A DNA stretch of 56,202 nt, the filler included, from Blastocystis sp. subtype 4 (taxonomy: Eukaryota), in the NCBI RefSeq assembly GCF_000743755.1. It is 2 parts of 2 records of this genome, joined end to end, with 100 filler letters (N's around TTAATTAATTAA, not from the genome) between each part and the next. Parts side by side here need not be neighbours in the genome. Positions count along the whole stretch, not along the records: positions 1 to 28,056 come from NW_014569413.1; positions 28,157 to 56,202 come from NW_014569412.1. One strand, given 5' to 3'. The position numbers and the translations under genes are program-made. Each line of letters begins with the position of its first letter. Position 1 is the first letter of the stretch. The notes under the pieces are model-generated. The model searched no databases, had not been told where the DNA came from, and saw only the letters and a program-made list of their open reading frames with translations. Positions 26,177 to 38,787 of this stretch are shown piece after piece.

Positions 26177-26835
26177 ATGGCATACACTTCGATAAATGGA
26201 CTATTAAACTTCAATTGTTTGACTGTATAAACTGTTATTAGGTGTATTGGTAGATGACATCACTTCGCAATTACGCAAAAGAGTACCATCTTGATATTCC
26301 AGAGAATGCAATGCATTCTGAAGTTGCAGATATAGTAAGCAAGTAAGTTTGGGAGATAGATTTGATGTGTTAGACACTTTATGAGTTTACCTATCGATGA
26401 GAATGAAGTAATGGTAAACTTCGTTTCCCGACTTGAAGAGGTAAGATGTAGTGGAAATGTGGTATTCAGATTCGAAAGAGTCGGCAAAATGGTACAGAAG
26501 GTTCCAATTCAGATCGTAGGAAAATCCGTCGACCAAAGAAAGTAGATTGCAAAGAGATGTTAACATGTAGTATGGTGAAGATGCTGATTATGGTTTGTCC
26601 AGTACAGGTAAAGATGTAGAAGAAGAATATGTCGATGATGCAAGTACTTCTACTCGCCAACACGAAACTCTCTACTGTTTCTGTCATCAAAAGGCAACAG
26701 AAGATATGATTTGCTGTGATGATGAGAACTGTCCATATAAATGGTTCCATTATAAATGCGTTGGGATTGATCCTTCTTGTATAACGGATGGATCGTGGTA
26801 CTGTCCATTATGTAAAGAAAAACATCCGGATTCAT
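26177..26835 (+). CDS. SAP30 Sin3-binding domain fused to ING-type PHD finger
   Basis: Four 29-31 nt GT-AG introns join LNFNCLTMTSLRNYAKEYHL...VADIVSKHFMSLPIDENEVMVNFV in frame to LYCFCHQ...MICCDDENCPYKWFHYKCVG...WYCPLC; ends HPDS + T at 26835. Confidence 0.8.
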
Positions 26836-26839
26836 TTGG

Positions 26840-26847
26840 TGTTTATT
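26840..26847 (+). terminator. 3'-end element variant TGTTTATT
   Basis: 5 nt downstream of the in-frame T at 26835. Confidence 0.65.
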
Positions 26848-26981
26848 ACTTATCAAAGAATTATGGAATTAATAACCGAATCTCATTTTGATCTTCACAT
26901 TACTTTTTTAAAAGAAGCAAGATGATTAAGTAATATGGTATATGGATAGTAATAATATCAAGTGAAACCTTTAAGCTAGAG

Positions 26982-27834
26982 ATGACAGACTACGAACAGC
27001 AAATGAATAAGGATGTTCGTACTGCGTTCACCAGTATAGTTAATATCTTGATTACAACTTAGAGAAAGTGCTGGCGACGGTCTGTTTGCAACTGATTCTC
27101 ACAACGGTAATTGTGTGGGCGATTTGGTATAAATGAAGCAATCTATTCATATTTAGCAGTATCGAGTCCATTTTCCAACTATTTGTTACTTATTTTGCCC
27201 CTATCCTAATTATCAGTATTGTTGGTTCATTCGCAATTGCTTGTTGTGTAAACTGTATTCCATTCATGTTGAGAGTCATTACCTAGGTATTAAGGGTCAC
27301 CCTCAGGACATCATCCTGATCACACTCTTTGTATTGTTTTTGTTTTCTTTTCACATAGACTATTTTTGAATCCATGGTCCTTGCAAGCTGTTGTATATTA
27401 TTTGAGCCCAGTATTCTGATTTGTGCTTTTGGGATTACTGCCTTTGTGACAGTCTGTTTGACGGTATATGCCTTGGTAACAAAGACGGATTTCACTGGAT
27501 ACGGTCCATATCTCCTTGCTTTCCTCTTTATGTTGATTGGAATTGGTGCTTTAACGGCATTCGGTCTGTTCCCTATTAATGTATATGCTTATCTTGGAGT
27601 GAGTATTCATTTGTGTCCTAACGAATAGATTCTACTTTTCTCCTTCTATTTGATCTATGATGTGCAGAAGACAGTCGGAAGTGCAAAGTTCGAAGAGGAG
27701 TATTCTGTTGACATGTATGTCGTAGCTGCTCTGAACATGTATGTTCTCGTGAAGTAAGATGATTTGTAGCTATCTGGATATTCTTAATCTCTTTTTGTAC
27801 ATCCTTCAGATCTTAGCCAGTAGTAAGAAAGATT
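26982..27834 (+). CDS. TMBIM / Bax inhibitor-1 family membrane protein (Lifeguard/GAAP-like)
   Basis: DVRTAFTKKVLATVCLQL, AFGITAFVTVCLTVYALVTKTDFT, YLIYDVQ, AALNIYLDILNLFLYILQIL; ends SSKKD + T at 27834 before TGTTTTTT (27839-27846). Confidence 0.85.
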
Positions 27835-27864
27835 CTTGTGTTTTTTGTAAACAAGGCATTGCAG

Positions 27865-28036
27865 TTACTGTTCACTCTTCTCTCCATAAATGTTCTCTCT
27901 ATCCAGATCCTTCATCATGTCCCGAAGTGAGTTCGTTTCCTTATCCTACACCATTAACCTGTCAAAGCAATTCAAATACAATGAACTTCTTTCCATAGTA
28001 AAAAGAACAACCACCTACTGCCATATAGATCACATG
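27865..28036 (-). CDS. Partial mitochondrial complex I accessory subunit B14.5b/NDUFC2-like (5' end lost in gap)
   Basis: EPWEHVIYMAVGG then intron then DKETNSLRDMMKDLDRENIYGEKSEQ-TAA; PWEHV-x-x-M-x-x-G matches my recollection of the plant-type B14.5b subunit. Confidence 0.55.
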
Positions 28037-28156
28037 TTCCCAAGGCTCTATAAGAGNNNNNNNNNNNNNNNNNNNNNNNNNNNNNNNNNNNNNNNNNNNN
28101 TTAATTAATTAANNNNNNNNNNNNNNNNNNNNNNNNNNNNNNNNNNNNNNNNNNNN
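28037..28156. other. Assembly gap with artificial all-frame stop linker
   Basis: N runs flanking TTAATTAATTAA at 28101-28112. Confidence 0.95.
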
Positions 28157-28157
28157 G

Positions 28158-28247
28158 TGGGGTGGTGGTATTATGGGACTCAAGACTCAGCGTAAGCTCA
28201 GCATCCGTGCTGCTGCTATTGCTGCTGAGAAGGCCAAGAAGAATTAG
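28158..28247 (+). CDS. RPL7A: 60S ribosomal protein L7a (eL8), C-terminal fragment
   Basis: WGGGIMGLKTQRKLSIRAAAIAAEKAKKN-TAG; strongly biased codons. Confidence 0.85.
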   Translation, partial: WGGGIMGLKTQRKLSIRAAAIAAEKAKKN

Positions 28248-28388
28248 ATGTGAACAAATCTGGTTCTGTCGTCATGAGTGGATTGTTTGTTGAAAAGAAT
28301 CCTTTGCCCTACAATCGGTGAACTTGCTTGACAGAAAATGATGATCATAATAAGGATTATGGATAAGAAACAACTGACAAGAATAAAC

Positions 28389-30755
28389 TCATAGACACAG
28401 ATTTTCAATGATAGCGATCATATTCTCAACTTCCTGATTTTGATCGACAGGATGGAAACGTTGAACAGTACTTCGAACACGTCCTTCAAAGTTACTTGAA
28501 GTCTCAGCCTATACCTCACCAACTCACTTCATTTCTACCTTCACACGTAACGTAAAGACATACTCCTTAAAAAGAGCCCGTTTGAATACATTATCACATT
28601 CATCCTTATTACTCAACATTAGTTCATTCAATTGTTCTGCACGCATTCCCAATAATACTTCAGCATCTTCATTAAACATTGAGACATAGGTACTTCCTGT
28701 ATGATCCATTATCTCAAGATTCACAATATAACGATAACTTGGAGCTGCAAAACGTCTGAATATCAACCTATTTCTGGAATTCCTACTGTCCACAGGCTTC
28801 ACACACCCACATTCCATCTGGTCCTTGAGTCACTTTCTTCTGACATTTCTTTCCATCAGCTCCCACGGGACTACATCATCAAATCAGATCCATTATTTCG
28901 ACCTTGCACATGAAGGATAAAACACGGCTCTCTCATGAGGGATATTACGAACCATTGCTTTAACTGTAATGAAGTCAGGCTTCTCACCAAACCCAAGATG
29001 TTCATCCTAGCTCTAAATCTCGTCTTTCAAATGCCCACAGTGATCACTGAAAGTGTTTTTCGCTTCAGAGGGTCTGCTGCTGTGGGTTGTACAGGAACAC
29101 TCAGACTCACAGAAGCTTGACCACCTTGATTGGTATACCATTGTCGAAGACCCACAGTCTGAGGGAGATCGGGATTCAATGTGAATGAAGTCGAATCAAA
29201 TCCACTCAGAGAATGACCTCCGAAATCACTAACAACAGCATTCTAAGCTTATTATTCATAAAATGATTATACTTTAATAGCAATAACAGGATGACCAGCT
29301 AAACGATCATCTGTGATCATCGCATTGTCTCCAAAGATGGTGAAGTTAATCGACTTATGTTAAACAGACTAGAATGACAAATACATTATTACTGCTATCA
29401 ACAATTGTTAACTGCTTTCTCTTCATTTCATTTCCTTTTCGGGAACGGAATTCACTCATTGGTTCATGTGATTCCACAATTGCAAGAATATCAACAGTTT
29501 TTCTGGGTTCCATTTTTGCGACATCTGCAATACTCACAAAATCGTAATGTTGAGATTGAATCGCTCTATCGTCAACAACTTCTTGAATCTGAGCTATAAA
29601 TCATTCACTACTTCAAATCTGACTGAATCGATTTGCTGCTAATTCATATTCATTCTTCAAAGGATTGTATCTTCGATTTGCAAAACTCACTTTCATATTG
29701 CAGAAGTCATAAACTTTCCCTTGCTGAAGATATTCATAAAACAAATCAACACATTCACTAAAGAAGGCAATGCGGATTTCAGAACCTTCACTGTCCTAAT
29801 GATGATAAATTCATTCATGAGTCACAAGTAAATCTGCATTAAAGAGCTTTCCTTCTCCTCGTTGCGAATTGAATGATCTCACCGAACTCTTGCTAGTGAC
29901 ACGACACTACAAGTCATTCTCATTCATTAAACTCTACACGGATGTACCAATTCTTATCGAGATAAGGATGAATTGCTGAGATGGGGATTTGATTGAATCG
30001 AGTTGTATCCACTTGGTAATTGCCTCCAACAGGTCCATTCTTCAATGGCATATTCGTATTAGGAGGATTCTGTTGATAGGAAGATTGTTGTTGATAAGGA
30101 GGATAAGATGGTTGAGGTTGCTGATATGAAGCTTGTGGTTGCTGATAGGATGGCGGTGGTTGCTGATACGAAGCTTGTGGTTGCTGATAAGCAGGTGCTT
30201 GCTGCTGAACAGGCGGACGAGCAGCAGGTTGCTGATATGCCGAAGGTTGCTGTTGTTGGGCTTGTTGATTGACAGACTATTCTTCAAACATTGAACACAA
30301 TCCTACACCACCAAGAGGATTACCAATTACATAATCCATCTGTTTTACAACAGTCATATCCGTAACATAGAAAGCACTATGAATAACCAAATACTACAAC
30401 AACAACCTATCACGGACTTTGCGACTTGAGATAATGTGAACAATAGTATTCTTGCGAATTTCACCACTTTCAATCTTCTAAACAATTGATATACCAAATT
30501 CAATCCATACTTCAACAAAAGGCATACTAGTTAATGCACGAATCGTGTTAGAACCATCAGAAAGACTGAATCTAAAAATAAGGTTTCCTACAATGATCCA
30601 TACAAATATCGAACAGTTTTCTGATCACTATTCATGATTCGGATGTTCACCATCTGCCCATCACGAACTAGAAAAGAAACTACCTGAAGAGTGAGTCCAT
30701 CGATATTTGAAAGTGCTGAGGCATTAGCCAGACTATTTGCACTCAATTCATTCAT
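28389..30755 (-). CDS. RPA1: Replication protein A 70 kDa subunit
   Basis: N-terminal OB fold, Q/P-rich linker, PISAIHPY...WYI, GEGKLFN, SDFGGHSLS, zinc ribbon YPSC...CQKKV...CEAC, DHTGSTYVSMFNEDAEVLLG. Confidence 0.92.
30108..30240 (-). repeat. Imperfect ~21-bp coding repeat (YQQP...) in the RPA1 linker
   Basis: Recurrent gttgctgata units on the + strand. Confidence 0.8.
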
Positions 30756-30906
30756 GATATAAGAATTATTGTTTTTGGAGGCAACAAGATTATAATGAAA
30801 CTCCTCAATACTCCCGCCAAAATGAAGTCCTTAGAAACAAACAAATGGGGTCAACCATCATTATTAACCCAAAGAATATAGAACTTCTAACAACTAGGAA
30901 CCTCTA

Positions 30907-31924
30907 TTAGAGAGAAAAAGAACTAATGATCTTCCCAACAAGACCATAATGATAACATGGATAGTTTTGACAAATGACCTTTTTATCATAATCATAAACT
31001 GAAACGCTAAACTCGCTTTTGCCACTCACACAGTCCATAGTTCGTACAGGAATAAGAGAAACGAACAGGCGTTGATACTCGATTCTGGCATTCTTCTCCT
31101 TTGCTTCTTCAGCGGCATTTTCTAATAACACAGATATAACTTGATTTACACCATCATCTAAAAAAACGTCTTCAGGTGCGATCTGAACACCCTTCATGCT
31201 ACGAATGAACCTCGATTCTCATTACCTACGTATACACTAAAAGACCTTTACATCGCATGAACACCTTGTCATCCAATTCACTTCGATTTACCAAAGCACA
31301 ATGCTGACTGGTCGCATATTCACAACGAACTTTCATAAATGTATCTACCGAACTATTGACAATCTTCTCCGAGGTTGTATCCACGAACAACTCGGGCTGA
31401 GAAAACTCCACATCCCACGTATTCTCCAAATCCTATTGGTCATCATCAAATGTGTATGTGTACCTCTGGAGTAAGAACTTGAGTACTATTTACTTCAACA
31501 CATCGTCGTTGATAAAACGTGTCAAGATCAATTTTATAGCAGTATTTTATGCTGCTCTATGGTTCAACTCACTCAAAGAATCCATACATTTACAACTTGA
31601 AGAGTCCGAAGAACATTTCGCTTGTAGATAGGGGTATGATGAACGAGATTGTCCAATCGCTTCAGAGCTACCTCGATTGATATAATAGGGAAATCAATCT
31701 GAGGAATACTCATCTTCGCTGACCGCAACCTCTTTGGGATTTTGGGGGGAACAAAAATGACTTCTCCCTCCTTCATACTCTACTATTCAGTTTCTTTCAC
31801 CTAACGTACATTTACACCAACTTCTTCATCAGTCTGTTTATTCTTAGTATAATCGTGACTTGTTTGTCCCTATCCCTCATTATCCTGACTTCTAGTTTAC
31901 AGAGTGTAAAGAAGTGTAAAACAT
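30907..31924 (-). CDS. SSUH2-like protein
   Basis: WDVEFSQPELFVD, IEYQRLFVSLIPV, VYDYDKKVICQNYP resemble SSUH2 conserved blocks; several short introns. Confidence 0.55.
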
Positions 31925-32052
31925 GGTAAGCAGTTAATAAATAACCGTAAACAATAGAAAGAATGAAACAATAATGAAAACACAGATCGGAACAAAGAAA
32001 ACGTGGAACTAATACCTAACTTTTTTCCCAACAAACAAACTGTACATTTACA

Positions 32053-33674
32053 CTAAAACTGATTTTTGTACTTCAATAGAGCACTTGAATAATTACAAAT
32101 TTCCTGCCGTTTCCTGCTTGGTTCTTGATGAAGTCGATAGAGGAAGTCCTTGTAAACATCCTCATTTATAACCTTCTTTACCTTCCACGACTCTTCATAC
32201 ATGTTAGCATAAACAGATCTAAACATCAGAACCTTAACTAGAAACTAACGGTTTGTGCGGAATATCAAATCCAAATCCAACAGTGAGTACTTTGAAGATA
32301 TACCCTATGCATAAATCAATTATCCATCTCTTACCCTTGTATTCCAGTTCATCAATGAATTGTACTTTGTTATATCCGTAGTTGATGAAATTGTCATCGT
32401 ACAAAGGAGTTGATTCCGTTCTCTTCAACAATGTATACGGTTCCATAATAGCATATGGGATACAAGGCAAATCCTGAACACTTGTCGAGAATGTCCACCA
32501 GTCATCATCCACAAATCGCTAGAAATAAGAATCAATCAAAAAACAGACATGAGTAGGTAAGAAGCCATTGGCAATTTGACACACCTTGTTTCTCATACAG
32601 CGCAACAGAGATGGTTTATCCTTTGGGAGATATCGACTCAAGCTATTGAAGCAGTTTTCAACCTCTTTACAAATGGCTCGTTTTTTGGGGGTAAATTGGA
32701 ATGCAGGAAGAACAAAAGCAATCCGATCCTGATTGAGTAAGAATGTGGAAATAAGAGATAAACCTTCGTAAAGACCATCTACAGGTGATACTCCATTATC
32801 AAGACAACAAGAAGGCCATAAATCCATGTCCAGATTCAAAAAGTGGGATGTATCAATAAAATTGATAGCCAAATTCCGTAGAGTGTTAATTGGGTAAATG
32901 GAAGCATTGAAACGATCGCATACCAGACTCACTCCTTCTGTTGTATTCTAATCATCAGTACATTGAAAGATTCGTACATAATCATGATAAATACAATTGT
33001 CATTAGGTTGAATAGGATGTCGATCATCCACAATATACAAAACGATTCGAATGTTACTTCGTTTTATATCCACCATCATATCCTCGATAATCGAGAATTC
33101 GGACCATTTTGCAAAGATAGCAAGAGATAATGGTCTACGATAATTACATAGACAAAAAAAGATACCCAGACCATCGTTCTAACAAATCTTTCAAATAATG
33201 AAGACGACCCACACTAGAAATGACACAGCACACCAATCCCTACGAAGAATGGGTTACAATAGAAATATCAGTATTACTGTGATGATAAGGAGACTTACTG
33301 TAGCGTTCCAACACTCGCTTCTTTGAATCCCATGTCACTAAGTAATGCATCTGACAATACTGATAGTGTTTAGGTCGTGGATTACATGGAATAAATGAAT
33401 CCGGGTGAGATGCGATGAAATGTTCAATCGAGATGACACCCCTTTCATCACATGGATACAGGGCCATATCACTTTGATCATTTCCTTCCACTACAGTGGA
33501 CCAACAGAACAAGTCCTACTCCAAGTGACAGCTCTCGCTTTCTCTTTCATTTCATGAAGAATGATACCTCTAGAGTAATGCAATGTGACCGTTCCAACTA
33601 AACATGTGATTCTAGAATTGAATACTCATTCTCCTCTTCTACATGACTACGACGTATACAACCACACTTTTCAT
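32053..33674 (-). CDS. Glycosyltransferase family 49 (LARGE/B4GAT1-like), type II membrane protein
   Basis: N-terminal anchor MKSVVVYVVVIITCLVG; YPINTLRNLAI, DMD (DxD), MEPY, FINYGYNKVQFI, FDIPH. Confidence 0.8.
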
Positions 33675-33767
33675 CGGAACAAGATGAAGTTGTTAATTCA
33701 ACAAATAGATTGTGCTTCGATTCGCTGTCAAAGAAACAGAATAAAAGGAATGATACTAAAGTCACAC

Positions 33768-34876
33768 TCAATTATCTTTCTTATTCAAAAAACCTTTCTT
33801 CTTTCCTTCAAACCCAGGTCGATGCTTATTTGCCTTCTCCTTTTGTCGTTTCTACCCGTTACACTTCTATAGTTTCTCTACCTTCTCTGCATTCATTCTT
33901 TCCTTCCATTCTTCCTGACTCTTCTTCTTCTTCTGTTGCTGCTGTTTTAACGTCTATAGTCAAACAACTCAGCCATCCATGCCTTTTTTAGCTTTGCAGG
34001 ATTGTCCTTCTTCTTGATTCCCTCTACTTTTCTCAGGGCCTCATCCATCTCCAGATTCAGAGCTTCTTTCTATTCATCACGATTCCCAATCTCTCCGACT
34101 CTTCCTGCCTCCGTTGATTTCATTTCCTTCAGACGTTCCTGTTTCCGTTGAGCCTGCTTCAGCAACGTGTGAATATCTTTACGGGCCTTTGGACGCAAAC
34201 TTGTGTCTACCTCCTTCTGGGTTTTGATCTTTCCAAACTGCATACTGACTATCATCCACTACATTCAGACTCACTTTGAAATAACATCAGCAACAGACGG
34301 AGCGATTACCTCCACGGATGAGGGCTTATTCTCTACATTTGTCGTCTTTACGCGCTTCTCCTTAGTTTCAGCCTTTGAAACACCTCCATTTCGTTTGCTT
34401 CTTTGTTTCTGATCGTTCTTCCTTGCAGCTTCAATTCGATTCCTCCTTAACATCTCGATCTTTGCATTTAACCTCTCTCGAAGCTCTTCCAACGACTTAG
34501 CAGCTATATATCACGCAAAATACTCAACCAAACGTTCAGTTACCGGAGTAGACATAGCAGGAGGAACAACCTCTTCTGCTGTCTCGGCTTCCTTTTTGGT
34601 CCTCTCTGTAATCTTATCGACCATCGTTGTATCATTTTCTGGTTTAAATTTCTCCTTTCGTTTCTTCAATGCGTTTTCCTTCATCTCCTGAATCTTTTCC
34701 GCATTACCATTCTTCTATTGAATTATGTTCCATAATAAGCCACGAACTTTTAGATATTTCTTCCAACGATTATTCTCCTCCTCTGTTGGCTGTAGATACA
34801 AGGAGGCGGGGATACAATCCAGGATTTCGTCAAAAAACAATGCGTGTTCGTGAATAATCGATAATTCTTCGGCCAT
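33768..34876 (-). CDS. SURF6: SURF6/Rrp14 nucleolar protein
   Basis: N-terminal HEHALFFDEILDCIP, ELRERLNAKIEMLR, KKKDNPAKLKK, RPGFEG; TGA 33768-33770. Confidence 0.85.
33954..33982 (-). other. 29-nt GC-AG intron
   Basis: AAG|gcatggatggctgagttgtttgactatag|ACG; needed to keep the SURF6 domain in frame. Confidence 0.75.
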
Positions 34877-34951
34877 TATCCACTCTCTGACATGTTCCTT
34901 GTTGACATTGTTTTGACGGAATCCACGGGAATTTTATCATTCTTGCTTACA

Positions 34952-34959
34952 AACAAACA
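34952..34959 (-). terminator. 3'-end element TGTTTGTT
   Basis: Exact motif 5 nt downstream of the in-frame T at 34964. Confidence 0.8.
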
Positions 34960-34963
34960 AACC

Positions 34964-36396
34964 ATAATCGTACACCCTGACCCTTCTCATATACATCCAA
35001 ATCCATATATATGGGTTCTGCAGGTTTCCAAATTTGTAACAGGGAATCCTCTCCCGTAGAGGCAATCATCCAAGGAGTCTACATTTCATGAGTTCCTTCA
35101 CACATACATTCGGACTCCAAGCAATCCCGTTGACAAAACTAGTATGACCTCCATGAACAAATACTAATTCTGGTGGACCTTCTTCAGTAGCTATCGAAGC
35201 ACCAATTCGCCCTAAATCCCAGATACATACTCGTTTATCTCGGCCACAAGTAGCCAAGCAGCTGCAATTGAGCGGATTCCATTCAACCTCGGTAACAACT
35301 CCTGAATGTCCTACCAGAGAGTGTATAGGTCGAGCAAGATTGCGGTTATCCCACAAACACACGGTGTTCTCATCACCAGCAGTTGCTAGTAAGAACCGCT
35401 CCACTGGATGTGCTGATACCGTGTGGATCGCTCCGTCTCGCTGAATGACTGGTGACTGTGTGTTTGTCCGACAATCATACATGTAGACATGCCCATCCAT
35501 TCCTCCACTGAAGAGAGTCGATGCATCTGATGGATGCCAACACACAGACTAGAGATGAAGAGGAGAAGATGTTTTTACCGAAATGGCTTGTTGATGAGCA
35601 CGGTACTCAACGATGGGTTGCTGGGAATTCCCCAATGCATCCCACACACACACCTTTCCATCATCACTTCCAGCGGCCACACGTCCATCCGTGACAACAG
35701 ACCAATCAAGTCCGTGACAAGTTGAAGATTGACCCAGGAACGTGTTTTCTGGATGCATGTAGATGTCAATTGGACTGGATGGTAGTTTGCGAAGATCAAA
35801 GAGATTAATGGCACCATTAGCACCTGAAGCAATGACGCATTGCGAACAGGAGGGACAATAACGTAGTCTAGATGTTACAAAATACTCATTCTTACTGGTA
35901 TACAACTCCATCATGATTGATTCGACTGCATGTGGTGACTTTCCCATCGATACGACCCGAACTGTGTTTCTCTGACCGTCACAATACAACAGAAGTGATA
36001 CGATTTCCCTCTTCGGTAAAGTAAGATAAATCGACTTCTGCTTCTGAAAATGGAATTTGGATTCCAAGTTGATATATAAAATTTTGCTCTCCTTGAGGGG
36101 CATTTGTAGAAAAATAGAGACTGTTCACTGAATATTGATGTCGTTTCTGCCTATACTTAAATAAAGAGGAAAATAACAACGTCGTGGCTCCTTTCACCCA
36201 TTCGATTGTATTGGATTTGAACTCCAATGAATGAACCATCAAGAAATCATATCTGGATGTGAAACGTTCAAAGTAATGCCAACAACATGGGAGACTCATC
36301 CAACCACTGACCATAGGTTTGGATGGTGGGATCCAACTCTTGACTTGACGCTTCGAACAACACAGAGGCACCCAAACTATCGTTGTCGTCCTCCAT
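34964..36396 (-). CDS. RBBP4/MSI1-like histone-binding WD40 protein (stop predicted to be completed by poly(A))
   Basis: TYGQWLDESPM|YDFLMVHSLEFKS (CAF1C H4-binding domain), WD40 repeats, GPPELVFVHGGHT; frame reaches CGA TTA T at 34964. Confidence 0.85.
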
Positions 36397-36659
36397 GCAT
36401 GAAAAGAAGTGTTGTGAGTTGATTCGAGATTGATTGCGTGTTTGGGTACAACCGAATTGGGAATCCGGAAAAGGGAGACGAACCGAAGTGCCAGAATAAG
36501 AACTGAATTTGTCATTCAAAATAGGGACCGAATGGAATGGCCAGAATAAGAACCAAATCATGCTACCAGAAAAGGGATGAATTAGGCTGCTTAGGGTTTC
36601 TGGAAATTGACAACTCTTCACTCTGTGTGCATTCGAAAGGTTTCAATTGATTGGACACG

Positions 36660-38730
36660 ATGAAACTAGATGAATTACGTCGAAAGTCATCTGCTAATGA
36701 CGAAACCACGCGTTTTATTAGGAATGCATTAGAGTGCAAACTAAGGGTATGTCGATTATCACTAGGAGATTTAATTGGTCTAGGGTGATTGTGAAGCGTA
36801 TAATGTGATCCTTCAATTGTTTGAGAACCAGCAGGACCCCGAAGCAGTTATTGCAATGACTACCAGTATTGGCCATTGCATCAATCTGATCAGTAATAAT
36901 TGGGAAGTCTTCTTTGATCTCGTTTCTGCAGTTCTCCATGTTCCCTTTAATTCTAACTATGAAATTGCTGCCACCCTAACGGATTTCTGCACTTCATTGG
37001 CATCGATCAATAGTAACTTCAACAAGGTGATTTTCAACATGCTGTATCGTGAACTGATGGTATTGGCTCCGACACCTGTCGTTACGAATCAGCAAGACGT
37101 GATGTGTTCGTGTTTCTTGGTTCTCTTCATATCTAGCCCCAAATACTCGAGACAAATTTATTGACCTGATCCATAACTGCATTCAGTCCATACTCAAAGT
37201 CTCACCAATGAGTGGTGAAGTATGTCTTAGTTGCTTCTCCCACAATTACCCATACATTACAAAGGAGACCTATCTCCACACACATGCAGTTAAGAATCTC
37301 CTTCGTATGTTCTCCTATGCCCCTGTGTTACGGGAACGAGGATTGTCTCTTCTCGTTGAGAAGCTTATCGAGATAGACGTAATGATTGAGTTCTGAGGCA
37401 AGCCATAGGTAGAGATCCGTCTGGATGATATTGAAGAGGAAAATGAAGAAGCTCTTGCTTCAAGTGTTGCAAGCGTTTCTCTTCTATGGAAGTTTCATTC
37501 ATAGGATTCATTATCAGATAAATTGGATTCATTGTTAATGTTAGTATTTGAATATTTGGAGAAGGAAGTATCAACAGATCCAGGAAATGCTAAGATTCTC
37601 TTTCGAATTCTTCAGAAGGTCTTTGAGAAGAGTATTATGCTTACTCATCGTAGTAAGTATACGCAATTCCTTCTGTTCTTTATCTGTCATTACGATCAAT
37701 CCTTTGTTGAACGATATGTTGGTCGACTTGTAGACTGGTATTGTTCTGAGGAAGCTCCTGTCATCACAAGACAGACATGTTGTGTTTACTGTGCTTCCTT
37801 TGTCTGTCGAGCGAAGTTTGTGAGTATTGATATAGTTCGGAGTGTTCTGTATTTTTCTCTGGTTTGGGTTCAGAAGTATATTGAGGGATATGACTTGCAA
37901 GATCGTCCACTAAATCCTGGAGATCCTGGACATGTAGTGTTTTATTCTGTTATGCAAGCTGTTTGTTATATTGTCTGCTTTACAAGCAGACGGTTTGAAC
38001 AAGAATCTTCAGGATTAGCGTTTCTACGAAAGTGGGATTGGACGCGAATTCTGAATAGTCCTTTAGATCCACTACGTGTAGTGATTATTGTAAGGTATTA
38101 CGAGTAGTACTGCATTTCATCGATTGCAAATGAATTTATTCGAGTCTGTCGAAGACTGGATCTCCTTCTTATTCATGAAATCAATAGCAATTATGTACAG
38201 TATCTTATTACCTCTCAAATCAATGCTTCAGGAGATCACTGTACATGTTGTGTCATAATTCTTACAATTAGTTGAAAAGGCTACTACTGATATTGGAAGT
38301 GGTTATAATCCTCTGGATTCATTCTTCCCGTTTGATCCCTATCTTCTCCATGATAGTTCAGTGTATATTTCTCCTCTTTATGTGAATTGGTCTGATGTTG
38401 TGGGTGATGAAGAGAGTGAAGAATCAGACTCCGAGGATGAGGATGAGGACCGGAGTAGTGAGAGCTTGTCTGAATCGTTTATGTCTTCATTGAGTATGTC
38501 CATTGAATCACATCCTTCATTGAGTTCACCTCAGTTTGAAAAGGAAAGGGAAGGAACAAGGCAACGGAAACTATCCTTGTCTTTGGTATATGAAGATGGT
38601 GCTATAGAGACACAAGAGACACATGCTTTCGAGAGCAATCCTCTCTCATATAACGATGATAGCGATGAGAAGGACTTTCAGAAACTCAGTTTTACTAGGA
38701 TGAGGAAGATGAGTGATGCTGGGGGATGGT
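36660..38730 (+). CDS. RRN3: RNA polymerase I initiation factor RRN3 (stop predicted to be completed by poly(A))
   Basis: KLIEIDVEI, KLDSLLMLVFEYL, LTHRSKYTQFLLF, FYSVMQAVCYIVCF, LNSPLDPL, LDSFFPFDPYLL; ends DAGGW + T at 38730. Confidence 0.9.
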
Positions 38731-38734
38731 TGTG

Positions 38735-38742
38735 TGTTTGTT
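38735..38742 (+). terminator. 3'-end element TGTTTGTT
   Basis: Exact motif 5 nt downstream of the in-frame T at 38730. Confidence 0.8.
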
Positions 38743-38787
38743 CTATACGTTGGGATCCCAAAGTTTGCATGTCTCTCCTTTCAAATA

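Noticed and set aside
28101..28112. Palindromic TTAATTAATTAA
   Set aside because: Sits between N runs; artificial scaffolding linker with stops in all frames
28338..28378. Possible C/D snoRNA (ATGATGA ... CTGA) downstream of RPL7A
   Set aside because: Only ~40 nt between boxes, no clear terminal stem or recognisable guide; overlaps the minus-strand 3'-end element of RPA1
33480..33545. Third GC-AG intron in the GT49 gene
   Set aside because: A 23-nt GT-AG alternative restores the frame equally well; unresolved
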